From positions 1 to 33,625 of the IMG/VR virus record IMGVR_UViG_3300022934_003742: a stretch of 33,625 nt of DNA; one strand, 5' to 3'. This DNA is from a virus. Taxonomy: Duplodnaviria; Caudoviricetes. Below are positions 1-8,844 of the stretch, one piece after another (within the stretch, counting starts at the first letter, position 1; every line of letters begins with the position of its first letter). The position numbers were made by a program, and so were the translations under genes. The notes under the pieces were generated by a model. That model was not told where the DNA came from. It did no database searches and was given only the letters and a program-made list of their open reading frames with translations.

Positions 1-1
1 T

Positions 2-319
2 GATAGTCAGTATTCAGATACATTTGCAGAACTACCATATTACCACTTACCAAAGCTAGATCGTACTATGATGCATTCAACAATAGAACTTCGTGCTCCT
101 TTCCTTGCACCGACTATTGTAAAGCATGCACTCAATACACCTTATTCCAAACGTAATGGTGAAAAGAAAGTACTGAAAGAAACGTTCGCTAATATTGTAC
201 CAATGGAGATTTTAAATCGTGAAAAGCATCCTCTCAAAACTGACAAAATCAGAAAAGACCCAACCGATCAAAGAGCAGCCAACGACAGAATCTTCAGACA
301 ACAAGCTCAAGTGGGATAA
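2..319 (+). CDS. Asparagine synthase-like (glutamine amidotransferase-associated) protein, C-terminal part; 5' truncated by the window
   Basis: Frame is open from base 2: ...ELPYYHLPKLDRTMMHSTIELRAPFL...KKVLKETF...EILNREKHPL, matching the Asn_synthase C-terminal L-x-K-x-D-R-x-x-M...E-x-R-x-P-F-L motif. Confidence 0.7.
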   Translation, partial: DSQYSDTFAELPYYHLPKLDRTMMHSTIELRAPFLAPTIVKHALNTPYSKRNGEKKVLKETFANIVPMEILNREKHPLKTDKIRKDPTDQRAANDRIFRQQAQVG

Positions 320-740
320 AAGATATATGGAGTTAGCCAGGCAGGCTGCTCAATGGTCAAAAGATCCTTCTTCAAAAATTGGTGCAGTTGCAATTGGCGG
401 CAAAGGACAAGTACTTTCTACTGGATATAATGGATTCCCACGTGGATGCAGTGATAGCCTAACAAGATATACAAATAGAGAATTAAAATATAAAATGATT
501 GTTCATGCAGAAATGAATGCCATTTTTAATGCTACATATAATGGTACATCACTCGATGGTGCAACCATGTATGTTTACGGATTACCTTGTTGTTCCGACT
601 GTGCAAAAGGTATTATACAGGTCGGCATCAAGAAGATCGTAATGGAAGGTTCTATTCCAGAACGATGGAAGGAGTCTTGGGGGTTAACCCAAGATATGTT
701 TAACGAAGCAGGAGTACAATATGAATTCCTTAAAGCATGA
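219..740 (+). CDS. cd: dCMP deaminase
   Basis: WDKRYMELA...SKDPSSKIGAV...TGYNGFPRG...HAEMNAI...PCCSDCAK zinc-binding motifs; true start uncertain because it overlaps the upstream gene. Confidence 0.92.
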   Translation: MKSILSKLTKSEKTQPIKEQPTTESSDNKLKWDKRYMELARQAAQWSKDPSSKIGAVAIGGKGQVLSTGYNGFPRGCSDSLTRYTNRELKYKMIVHAEMNAIFNATYNGTSLDGATMYVYGLPCCSDCAKGIIQVGIKKIVMEGSIPERWKESWGLTQDMFNEAGVQYEFLKA

Positions 741-894
741 AAGCCATCACGATTATATGGCACGTAGACTAAAAGAGACTTCAACCCCAATGGAAAAAAC
801 AAACAGAGAATTACAGAAAGAGATTGAAGAGCTGAAATCGCGAGTTAAAAAGTTAGAAGAGGATATGGCGCACGTCCTAAGAAAACATGCATAA
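721..894 (+). CDS. Small coiled-coil hypothetical protein (57 aa, not in ORF track)
   Basis: GGAG at 711, ATG 721, MNSLKHESHHDYMARRLKE...LQKEIEELKSRVKKLEED, TAA 892-894; fills the gap between neighbouring genes. Confidence 0.6.
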   Translation: MNSLKHESHHDYMARRLKETSTPMEKTNRELQKEIEELKSRVKKLEEDMAHVLRKHA

Positions 895-1231
895 AATACT
901 TATTGTTGGTCACAGTCCATCCAAAAAGAATATACGCAATTCACCTACTATGAAAAGGCTTCATAGATGGCTAGATGAATGTGATATTCATACATATGCA
1001 TTTACGAATCTTTCGCCAGTTCCCTGTAAGAAACTAGTGAAAGAGGATTTATGCTTGGATGGGCTGGACCACAGTAAGATTATTACACTTGGTGGTGAGG
1101 TTTCTAAATTTATGGAAAAGGCTGGCATACCACACTTTGCAGCACCGCATCCATCACCACTGAATAGAAATTTAAACGATATTTCTTTTGAAAAGAAAAT
1201 AATAAAAAGATTAAAGGAGTACGTAAATTGA
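887..1231 (+). CDS. Uracil-DNA glycosylase superfamily protein (short)
   Basis: ILIVGHSP (motif A-like), IITLGGEV and HPSPLN (motif B). Confidence 0.65.
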   Translation: MHKILIVGHSPSKKNIRNSPTMKRLHRWLDECDIHTYAFTNLSPVPCKKLVKEDLCLDGLDHSKIITLGGEVSKFMEKAGIPHFAAPHPSPLNRNLNDISFEKKIIKRLKEYVN

Positions 1232-2004
1232 AAAGATTAAAGATTGCAATCACAGGGTCACGTGGATTTATTGGGAGTCACCTGAAAGAAAGACTTCGGA
1301 GACAGGGACACAATATTGTTGAATGGGATTTACGTATTGACAAACCTATTGAAAGATTTCAATTAGAAAATTATGATGCAGTATTCCATCTTGCAGCATG
1401 GGCTGATGTAAGAGCAAGTATTAAAGATCCAGCTCGATACTGGGAAAACAACGTAGTGAATACTACGAGAATTCAAAGAATTTGCGAAGTAATTAATATA
1501 CCATTATTCTATGCTTCATCATCTTGCATACACAACTGGTGGCTATCGCCATATGGTACAAGTAAAAAAGTAAATGAAGAAACAGCAAGATATGGTCAGG
1601 TCGGTCTTCGATTTACTACAGTATATGGTGAAGGCGCACGTGAAAGTATGCTAATTGGTAAACTTATTCGAGGTGAAGTAGAATACTTAACAACACATAC
1701 AAGAGACTTTATACATGTTGACGATGTTGTTGACGCAATGTTATTAATTATGGATAAGAAGCTAAATCTACATGAGTATCCAGGTGTTACTTTGAAACCA
1801 TATTATGATATTGGAACTGGACGTGGTGTTGTCGTTAAGGACTTAGCAAAAGTGGCTGGTATTGATGTACCAATTACCGACGGTGATGATTGCGAAGCAA
1901 AAGATAACACTGCTGATATTACAGATCTATTGGAACTTGGATGGAATCCGAAAATGAAAGTTGAAGAATATATTAGTTTACATTTGCAGAAAGATGCGGT
2001 ATAA
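1228..2004 (+). CDS. NAD-dependent epimerase/dehydratase (extended SDR)
   Basis: ITGSRGFIG Rossmann motif, FHLAA, YASSS, YGTSK (YxxxK), RDFIHVDD. Confidence 0.9.
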   Translation: MKRLKIAITGSRGFIGSHLKERLRRQGHNIVEWDLRIDKPIERFQLENYDAVFHLAAWADVRASIKDPARYWENNVVNTTRIQRICEVINIPLFYASSSCIHNWWLSPYGTSKKVNEETARYGQVGLRFTTVYGEGARESMLIGKLIRGEVEYLTTHTRDFIHVDDVVDAMLLIMDKKLNLHEYPGVTLKPYYDIGTGRGVVVKDLAKVAGIDVPITDGDDCEAKDNTADITDLLELGWNPKMKVEEYISLHLQKDAV

Positions 2005-2005
2005 T
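1977..2005 (+). promoter_or_regulatory. Sigma70-type early promoter upstream of uvsX
   Basis: TTTACA 1977-1982, 17-bp spacer, TATAAT 2000-2005; same consensus recurs at 3982, 7448, 9686, 18521. Confidence 0.7.
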
Positions 2006-2030
2006 AGAAGAAAAATTACAGGAGAAGTAT

Positions 2031-3056
2031 ATGTCCATTATGGATAAACTAAAAAAGAATAGTAAGATTAAAGAAACATCCATTCTTTCTGATTCTAAGT
2101 TCTTTAATGAAAAAGATATGGTACCAACTGACGTGCCAATGATGAACGTTGCACTATCTGGTTCTATGGATGGCGGACTAGCACCCGGTCTTACAGTTCT
2201 TGCCGGGCCATCTAAACATTTCAAAACGTCGTTTGGCCTAATTATGGCATCGGCCTATCTCAAGAAATATAAAGATTCGGTACTACTCTTTTATGATTCT
2301 GAATTTGGTTCTCCGCAGTCTTACTTTGAACAATTTGATATTGATACCAGTCGTGTTCTTCATACACCAATTACAGATGTAGAACAACTTAAGTTCGATT
2401 TGATCGGTCAACTTGAAGGTCTAGATCGTAACGATAAAGTTGTAGTCATGATTGATTCCGTTGGTAACCTTGCATCAAAGAAAGAATTAGAAGATGCTAT
2501 CAACGAAAAATCCGTTGCTGATATGTCACGTGCAAAAGCACTTAAAGGTTTATTCCGTATGTGCACGCCATATCTGAACATGAAAAATATCCCGCTCATT
2601 GCTGTTAACCATACCTATATGGAAATGGGACTATTCCCCAAAGCTATCGTATCTGGTGGAACGGGTATATACTACAGTGCAGATAATATTTGGATTCTTG
2701 GCCGGCAGCAAGATAAATCCGGAAACGAAATCAAAGGTTATCACTTTGTAATTAATGTGGAGAAATCACGTTATGTTAAAGAAAAGTCTAAGATACCCAT
2801 TAGCGTTTCTTGGGATGGTGGAGTACAGAAGTGGTCTGGTCTTCTTGAGGTTGCTCTCGAAGGTAAATTTGTGGCTAAGCCGTCGAATGGCTGGTATTGC
2901 CAAGTTAGCCAACAGACTGGCGAACTACTTGAACCAAAAGTACGAGAAAAAGATACACTGAAAGAAGAATTCTGGAAACCAATCTTTGAAGAAGGATTTG
3001 GCGATTATATTAAACAAAGATTTTCAATTGGAAAGGTAAGTGATGTCGCTGATTGA
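2031..3056 (+). CDS. uvsX: UvsX RecA-like recombinase
   Basis: MNVALSG, LAGPSKHFKT P-loop, FYDSEFG, IDSVGNLASKKE, DMSRAK, typical of T4 UvsX. Confidence 0.97.
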   Translation: MSIMDKLKKNSKIKETSILSDSKFFNEKDMVPTDVPMMNVALSGSMDGGLAPGLTVLAGPSKHFKTSFGLIMASAYLKKYKDSVLLFYDSEFGSPQSYFEQFDIDTSRVLHTPITDVEQLKFDLIGQLEGLDRNDKVVVMIDSVGNLASKKELEDAINEKSVADMSRAKALKGLFRMCTPYLNMKNIPLIAVNHTYMEMGLFPKAIVSGGTGIYYSADNIWILGRQQDKSGNEIKGYHFVINVEKSRYVKEKSKIPISVSWDGGVQKWSGLLEVALEGKFVAKPSNGWYCQVSQQTGELLEPKVREKDTLKEEFWKPIFEEGFGDYIKQRFSIGKVSDVAD

Positions 3057-3342
3057 ACTCAAAGATTATGAACTTATTCCAGCTGAAGGAGATGATCAAG
3101 CATGGGCTGTTCGTATTCTAACTGGTAATTATATCGAGACTGTTCTTCAGTTTCATGCGATTAGTTTTAACAGAGTAGAAGAAGGTGTGATGTCATTTAA
3201 CTTCGAAGTGATATCATCACCTGATTCTGAATTAACTGTAGAAAATATTGAACTTCAGGAATTTGCTGGTGACCTACTTGAAGCAATTATACGTGACGGC
3301 ATGGATACCGGATCAGTTATTATGAAAGAAAGAAACCCATGA
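3043..3342 (+). CDS. gp40-like head vertex assembly chaperone
   Basis: Acidic ~100-aa protein in the uvsX-gp40-gp41 syntenic position of T4-like phages. Confidence 0.55.
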   Translation: MSLIELKDYELIPAEGDDQAWAVRILTGNYIETVLQFHAISFNRVEEGVMSFNFEVISSPDSELTVENIELQEFAGDLLEAIIRDGMDTGSVIMKERNP

Positions 3343-3755
3343 AAATATTAGTAATGGGATTACCCGGAGCAGGTAAAACCTGGCTATCAGAAAGATTACA
3401 AAAGCATTTGGAATGTGCTTGGTATAATGCGGATAAAGTTCGTCAGATGGCGAATGATTGGGACTTCTCCCCTGAAGGTAGGGTAAGGCAGGCAAATCGT
3501 ATGAAGACGGTTGCAGACTATGAGAAATCCCATGGTAGATATGTCATCTGCGACTTTGTCTGTCCTACTCGACAAACCCGAGATGCTTTTGATCCCGACA
3601 TAGTTATTTGGTTAAACACAATTAAAGAAGGTAGATACGAAGACACTAATGCGATGTTTGAAACTCCAGCACTGGTTGATTGGGCTGTTGAACACTACTT
3701 AACAGACGAACAAATTGAAGCAATTGCTAAGGAGATTGAAAGTTATGTCGTTTGA
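3339..3755 (+). CDS. Adenylylsulfate (APS) kinase-like P-loop kinase
   Basis: ILVMGLPGAGKT, NADKVR, DFSPEGRVRQ, VICDFVCP, FETP resemble CysC motifs. Confidence 0.7.
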   Translation: MKILVMGLPGAGKTWLSERLQKHLECAWYNADKVRQMANDWDFSPEGRVRQANRMKTVADYEKSHGRYVICDFVCPTRQTRDAFDPDIVIWLNTIKEGRYEDTNAMFETPALVDWAVEHYLTDEQIEAIAKEIESYVV

Positions 3756-4161
3756 TTGGACTAAACCCACAGTACAGATGCTGGGACGATGGCAGCCATG
3801 GCATCCAGGTCACACTGAATTATTCAAACGCTGTCATGCAATTACAGGACAAGTTTGCATTATGGTTAGACGTGTACCATCTAACATTGAAGCAAATTCA
3901 AGAGTACCTGGACAAGACGATAATCCTTTTGATGAAAAAACTGTAATGACTAATATCATTCAAAGCCTATCAAAAGAAGGGTTTACTTTTGACGAAGATT
4001 ACGTTATAATGGTAGTACCAAACATCGTTGATATTAGCTACGGTCGTGGTGTTGGTTACACTTTTACCGAACACGATCTTGGCGATAAGGTTCATAATAT
4101 ATCAGCAACAAAAATACGCGCACAAATGAGAGCCGAGGGTACACTTGCAGACAAACATTGA
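3745..4161 (+). CDS. HxGH nucleotidyltransferase (cytidylyltransferase-like / NadM-like fold)
   Basis: MLGRWQPWHPGH, DNPF, ISATKIR; GGAG RBS before ATG 3745. Confidence 0.8.
   Translation: MSFDWTKPTVQMLGRWQPWHPGHTELFKRCHAITGQVCIMVRRVPSNIEANSRVPGQDDNPFDEKTVMTNIIQSLSKEGFTFDEDYVIMVVPNIVDISYGRGVGYTFTEHDLGDKVHNISATKIRAQMRAEGTLADKH
3982..4010 (+). promoter_or_regulatory. Intragenic sigma70-type promoter upstream of the helicase gene
   Basis: gTTTACT 3982-3987, 17 bp, TATAAT 4005-4010. Confidence 0.55.
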
Positions 4162-5509
4162 ACAAACAATTCTACGCAATTTACTTACAGATGAAAAGTA
4201 TATGCGTAAAGTACTTCCATTTATTAAGCCAGATTATTTTCAAGGGATATACAAAACACTCTTTAAAGAAGCAGGTAAGTACGTAGCTAAATATAATAGG
4301 CTTCCTACTTCAGAAACACTTGGTATCGAACTAAACGATTCGAACCTTTCAGGCGAACAGTTCCAGATGGCTATGGATATTGTTCCACAGCTTTTTGCAA
4401 TTGAAAAAATTGATCAGGATTGGTTAATCGATTCAACTGAAAAATGGTGCCAAGACCGTGCTATCCATAATGCTATTATGGAATCGATTACGATTATTGA
4501 TGGTAAACATGATAGCTTAACAAAAGGTGCTCTACCAGACTTACTTTCCAAAGCTCTTGGTGTAGCATTCGATACCAATGTCGGTCACGATTACGTTGAA
4601 AATGCAGAACAAAGATATGATTTCTACCACACCGAAGAAGACCGCATACCATTCGATCTTGATTACTTCAACAAGATTACAAAAGGTGGTGTTCCAAACA
4701 AGACTCTGAATATTGCTCTTGCTGGCACTGGCGTTGGTAAATCACTCTTTATGTGCCATGTTGCTGCTAGCTCCTTAGTTGATGGTAAGAACGTTCTTTA
4801 TATTACAATGGAAATGGCTGAAGAACGTATTGCAGAACGTATCGATGCTAACCTTCTTAATATTCCTATTGACCAACTTGAAAATATGTCGAAGGACCAG
4901 TTTACCGAAAAGGTTCATAACCTATCAAAGAAAACGGCTGGTAAGTTAATTGTAAAAGAATATCCTACTGGTTCAGCACATGCTGGTCATTTCCGCGGAT
5001 TGCTCAATGAATTAAAGCTAAAGAAAGAATTCCAACCTGATATTATTTTTATTGATTATCTGAATATTTGTGCATCGTCACGAATGAAAGCCATGGGAGG
5101 AGCAATCAATTCATATACTTACATTAAAGCAATTGCTGAAGAGCTACGAGGTCTTGCTGTCGAGTACGACCTACCGATCTTCTCTGCAACGCAAACGACT
5201 CGTTCTGGTTATTCTAACTCGGATGTTGGGCTTGAAGATACGTCCGAATCTTTTGGACTACCCGCTACAGCAGACCTTATGTTTGCCCTTATCTCAACAG
5301 AAGAACTAGAGCAAATGAATCAAATGATGGTCAAACAATTAAAGAATAGATATAATGATCCAACACATCATAAACGTTTTGTAATTGGTGTTGATCGTTC
5401 CAAAATGCGACTATTTGATGTAGATGAAGATGACCAATCATTAACAGATGATACACCTGTCTTTGATAATACAGAAACTGGTAAACGTTTCGAGGATTTT
5501 AAATTATGA
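4145..5509 (+). CDS. 41: gp41 DnaB-like replicative helicase
   Basis: LAGTGVGKS Walker A, ITMEMAEERIAERID, KEYPT, IFIDYLNI, ATQTTR, SESFGLPATAD, QLKNRY. Confidence 0.97.
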   Translation: MQTNIEQTILRNLLTDEKYMRKVLPFIKPDYFQGIYKTLFKEAGKYVAKYNRLPTSETLGIELNDSNLSGEQFQMAMDIVPQLFAIEKIDQDWLIDSTEKWCQDRAIHNAIMESITIIDGKHDSLTKGALPDLLSKALGVAFDTNVGHDYVENAEQRYDFYHTEEDRIPFDLDYFNKITKGGVPNKTLNIALAGTGVGKSLFMCHVAASSLVDGKNVLYITMEMAEERIAERIDANLLNIPIDQLENMSKDQFTEKVHNLSKKTAGKLIVKEYPTGSAHAGHFRGLLNELKLKKEFQPDIIFIDYLNICASSRMKAMGGAINSYTYIKAIAEELRGLAVEYDLPIFSATQTTRSGYSNSDVGLEDTSESFGLPATADLMFALISTEELEQMNQMMVKQLKNRYNDPTHHKRFVIGVDRSKMRLFDVDEDDQSLTDDTPVFDNTETGKRFEDFKL

Positions 5510-5733
5510 AAAAGAAGAGAGTAGATATTAGGTGGAGAAATATAGAAGAAAGCGGTTATCTTGGTCGTGACCAATATGCCGACCGATCTGCAAAAGTATT
5601 TCGAAACCCAATAGGATTTTATGTAGAATTATACACGGATAATAAATTAGAAGAACGAAGAAATCTATATAATCATGACAGAAGCTATGCTGAAGATTGT
5701 GCAGAGAATTGGGTTATGGGAGTAATTAATTGA
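5506..5733 (+). CDS. Hypothetical protein
   Basis: ATGA overlap with gp41; C-terminal YAEDCAENWVMG. Confidence 0.7.
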   Translation: MKKKRVDIRWRNIEESGYLGRDQYADRSAKVFRNPIGFYVELYTDNKLEERRNLYNHDRSYAEDCAENWVMGVIN

Positions 5734-6371
5734 ACGTTAAACTAATCAGTTATTCACAAGGAGAAGGATATGAAAATCTACAAGAACTCGTGGCGTATTG
5801 CGCCCGTGTATCCAATCCATCGAACCAAAACAATACAGCAACATCCCAAAAACTTCTGCGGTATCTCGCCAGGGAAAAACATTGGTCTCCGTTTGAAATG
5901 GTTTCTGCTTGCCTCGAAATAGAAACAACAAGAGATATTGCAAGACAAATACTACGCCATAGATCATTTTCGTTCCAAGAGTTTTCACAGAGATATGCTG
6001 AACAAACAGATTTTACCCGGTTCAGAGAAGCTCGTCTACAAGACCACAAGAATAGACAGAACAGTGTCGTCACAGACGACGTTGATTTGAAAATGGAATG
6101 GATCAAACGCCAAGCTGAAGTAGCAGTTGCTGTTAAGGATTCATATGAGTGGGCACTTGAAAATGGTATTGCTAAAGAGCAAGCCAGATCGGTACTGCCC
6201 GAAGGATTAACAAAATCTACTATGTACATGAATGGAACTCTTCGTTCATGGATGCATTATATCGAATTAAGATCCGGTAACGGAACTCAAAAAGAACACC
6301 AAGAAGTTGCTATTGAATGTGGCAAGGTGTTATCAACCATTTTTCCAATTATGGAAGAATTCATTAACTAG
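5730..6371 (+). CDS. thyX: FAD-dependent thymidylate synthase ThyX
   Basis: AYCARVSN, HWSPFEM, RQILRHRSFSFQEFSQRY (RHRx7S motif), KEQARSVLP, TQKEH. Confidence 0.97.
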   Translation: MNVKLISYSQGEGYENLQELVAYCARVSNPSNQNNTATSQKLLRYLAREKHWSPFEMVSACLEIETTRDIARQILRHRSFSFQEFSQRYAEQTDFTRFREARLQDHKNRQNSVVTDDVDLKMEWIKRQAEVAVAVKDSYEWALENGIAKEQARSVLPEGLTKSTMYMNGTLRSWMHYIELRSGNGTQKEHQEVAIECGKVLSTIFPIMEEFIN

Positions 6372-6380
6372 AAAGGTACA

Positions 6381-7406
6381 ATGATGATCAGATCATCTCT
6401 CAAAGGGTTGACAGCCCTTATCCTGTCACTGTTTCTATTTTCTACAGCACATGCTGATCCAGTCAAAGTTGGATTTGTATATGTCGGTCCAGTTGGCGAC
6501 CACGGTTGGACATATATGCACGATAAAGGTCGGCAGGCAGTTGTTGAAGAATTTGGTGATTCGGTCGAAACTTCATATATTGAAAGTGTAAAATATGGTC
6601 CTGACTCCGAACGAGTAATTAGGGAGATGGCACAATCAGGCTTTGATGTTATCTTTGCTACATCGTTTGGATATATGGATCCGATGCTCAAAGTTGCAAA
6701 AGAATTCCCAGATGTAAAATTTGAACATGCAACAGGATATAAGACTGCAGATAATATGGCAGTTTATTCATCTAAGTTTTATCAAGGTAGATATATCCAA
6801 GGCGTAATTGCTGGTCATCTGTCAGAGGCTGGTAAGGCAGGATATATTGCATCATTCCCTATTCCAGAAGTTATTCGTGGTATTAACGCATTCTACCTTG
6901 GTGCAACAAGCGTAAACCCAAACTTTGATATTGACGTAATTTGGGTGAATACATGGTATGATCCAATTAAAGAAGGCGACGCAGCAAGAGTATTAGTTGG
7001 TGCGGGTGCTGATATTATTACCCAGCATACAGATTCACCTGCAGCATTACAGGTTGCTGAAGAAGCAGGTATCATGGCTTTTGGTCAGGCATCTGATATG
7101 ATTCAGTTTGCACCGAATACCCAACTTACTTCTATTCTTGATGACTGGGGCCCATACTATGTCGAGAGAGTACGAGCAGTTATGGATGGTACATGGGAAT
7201 CTTCTGATACATGGGGAGGCATGGATACAGGAATGGTGGCTATGGCACCTTATACAAATATGCCTCAAGAAGTTGCAGAAATCGCAATGGGACTAGAAGA
7301 AGCAATTACTCGAGGTACACTTGATCCATTTGGTGGTGAATTCAGTGATGGGGATTTACTCGGTATGACCGATTATCTTCCTGGCATTGACGCTACTAAG
7401 CCTTAA
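6381..7406 (+). CDS. BMP-family ABC transporter substrate-binding protein (purine/nucleoside-binding type)
   Basis: Sec signal ending AHA-D; KVGFVYVGPVGDHGWTYMHDKGR, IFATSFGYMD, FPIPEVIRGINAF, WVNTWYDP, DWGPYY. Confidence 0.92.
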   Translation: MMIRSSLKGLTALILSLFLFSTAHADPVKVGFVYVGPVGDHGWTYMHDKGRQAVVEEFGDSVETSYIESVKYGPDSERVIREMAQSGFDVIFATSFGYMDPMLKVAKEFPDVKFEHATGYKTADNMAVYSSKFYQGRYIQGVIAGHLSEAGKAGYIASFPIPEVIRGINAFYLGATSVNPNFDIDVIWVNTWYDPIKEGDAARVLVGAGADIITQHTDSPAALQVAEEAGIMAFGQASDMIQFAPNTQLTSILDDWGPYYVERVRAVMDGTWESSDTWGGMDTGMVAMAPYTNMPQEVAEIAMGLEEAITRGTLDPFGGEFSDGDLLGMTDYLPGIDATKP

Positions 7407-7436
7407 CAAAAAATATATTTTTTTTTGAATAAAATG

Positions 7437-7464
7437 AAAAAAGGGGGTTTACAATCCCCTTTTT
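7437..7464 (+). terminator. Intrinsic terminator hairpin overlapping an early promoter -35
   Basis: AAAAAAGGGG-GTTTACAAT-CCCCTTTTT inverted repeat downstream of the BMP gene. Confidence 0.6.
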
Positions 7465-7476
7465 CTATGGTAGAAT
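7448..7476 (+). promoter_or_regulatory. Early promoter
   Basis: TTTACA 7448-7453, 17 bp, TG-g-TAGAAT 7471-7476, with A/T tracts upstream. Confidence 0.75.
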
Positions 7477-7508
7477 AGATATACAAAATAGGAAAAGAGG
7501 AGTTACCT

Positions 7509-7811
7509 ATGTTTATCAAAGAGAATTTCGTCAACGATGGTCCTTACCTTCGGTATCGTACCGAAGAGGCACCATATGGCAAGATCGTAGGTCGTTGGAA
7601 AAATGGACGTGGTTTCATTACAAAGGCCATCTTCAAGAATTGGCTAATCAAGTCTGGCCTTCCTGTCGATGCTTATTTCACCGCATTTGAATCCGGTGTT
7701 TCGCCTCTCGATATTATGAAGACCATCGATCATAAATTCTTCGATGCCAAGCGCGATGCTTGGAACAAGAAAATATACGAACAAGGCTTTCAACAATGGA
7801 GGAATTCCTAA
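7509..7811 (+). CDS. Hypothetical early protein
   Basis: Strong RBS GAGGAG, first gene after the early promoter. Confidence 0.75.
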   Translation: MFIKENFVNDGPYLRYRTEEAPYGKIVGRWKNGRGFITKAIFKNWLIKSGLPVDAYFTAFESGVSPLDIMKTIDHKFFDAKRDAWNKKIYEQGFQQWRNS

Positions 7812-8011
7812 TGGGTATGTCAGGTTGGATTATGGACTTGGAAGATGAATTCATTGACAAGTGCGAAAAGATTGCTCTTGAAAGTGAAAGCTACATGGAA
7901 TACTGCGAACGTGCTGTTCTCCATGATGATCTTGTTAAGCATATGGATGAATACGAAGTTAGTAGCTTGATGGAACACGCGTGGAACGAAGCATGGGAGA
8001 GATACCAATGA
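7811..8011 (+). CDS. Small acidic hypothetical protein
   Basis: GGAGG RBS, TAATG coupling at 7809-7813; MGMSGWIMDLEDEF...WNEAWERYQ. Confidence 0.7.
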   Translation: MGMSGWIMDLEDEFIDKCEKIALESESYMEYCERAVLHDDLVKHMDEYEVSSLMEHAWNEAWERYQ

Positions 8012-8526
8012 AATGGATTATCCTATCGATTGTAGCTCTGACAGTTACGTTCTCTGAAAAGACTTTTGCAGCAGAACCCATCAAATCAAACCTTGATCAA
8101 GAGGTTGAATGTCTTGCACAAAACATGTACTGGGAATCGCGGAACCAATCATTCCGCGGTCTTCTTGCAGTTGGTAATGTTGTTATGAATCGAATGGCAG
8201 ATTCACGCTTTCCAAATACAGCATGCGATGTTGTACATCAAGCTGTTATGATTAAGTCCTGGAGAACAGGTGAATATATACCAAAAAGAAATCAATGCCA
8301 TTTCTCTTGGTACTGTGATGGTAAGGCAGAGATAATACCCGAAGCAGATAAGCAGCTTTACGAACTCACACGTTCAATGGCATTCAAAGTTTACACTGGT
8401 TGGTTCGAAGATATTACAGAAGGCGCAACACATTATCACGCCTATTATGTTCGTCCTGATTGGGCAGAAACAAAAACACCAACAGTGCGAGTTGATGCGC
8501 ACATATTTTATAGATGGGAGAAATAG
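8008..8526 (+). CDS. SleB-like cell wall hydrolase (Hydrolase_2 family)
   Basis: Signal peptide; ECLAQNMYWESR, VGNVVMNR, CHFSWYCDGK, GATHYHA, HIFY. Confidence 0.88.
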   Translation: MKWIILSIVALTVTFSEKTFAAEPIKSNLDQEVECLAQNMYWESRNQSFRGLLAVGNVVMNRMADSRFPNTACDVVHQAVMIKSWRTGEYIPKRNQCHFSWYCDGKAEIIPEADKQLYELTRSMAFKVYTGWFEDITEGATHYHAYYVRPDWAETKTPTVRVDAHIFYRWEK

Positions 8527-8844
8527 ATGTATGATCTAGATGGTGAAAAAGCACCTGACTACAAGTTTGAAGAAGACATTTATGTTGACGAACTTCTCGA
8601 GTATATTAGCAACACCTATGATACACATTATTCAAAGAATAATTTCCAAGCCACAGAGTTTATTATCGATGGCGGTCATGGTGAAGGATTTTGTATTGGA
8701 AATATTCTTAAGTACGCACAGCGTTACGGAAAGAAGGGTTCGCGGCAAGACGCTCGGAAAGACTTAATGAAGGTTTTGCATTATGCGATAATTCAGCTTT
8801 ACGTACATGACCTTGAGAATTCCTCCCAAGACGATCGTTCATAA
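8527..8844 (+). CDS. DUF3310-like (T7 gp1.7-like nucleotide kinase) protein
   Basis: HY...GFCIGNILKYAQRYGKK...DLMKVLHY motif. Confidence 0.7.
   Translation: MYDLDGEKAPDYKFEEDIYVDELLEYISNTYDTHYSKNNFQATEFIIDGGHGEGFCIGNILKYAQRYGKKGSRQDARKDLMKVLHYAIIQLYVHDLENSSQDDRS

Noticed and set aside
2031-5509. Inteins or introns in uvsX or gp41
   Set aside because: Both have ordinary lengths and continuous motifs
5746-6691. Antisense ORFs over thyX and the BMP gene (likewise 10259..10843, 21068..21466, 23431..23778, 31736..32110)
   Set aside because: Shadow frames of well-supported genes with no RBS or recognisable motif
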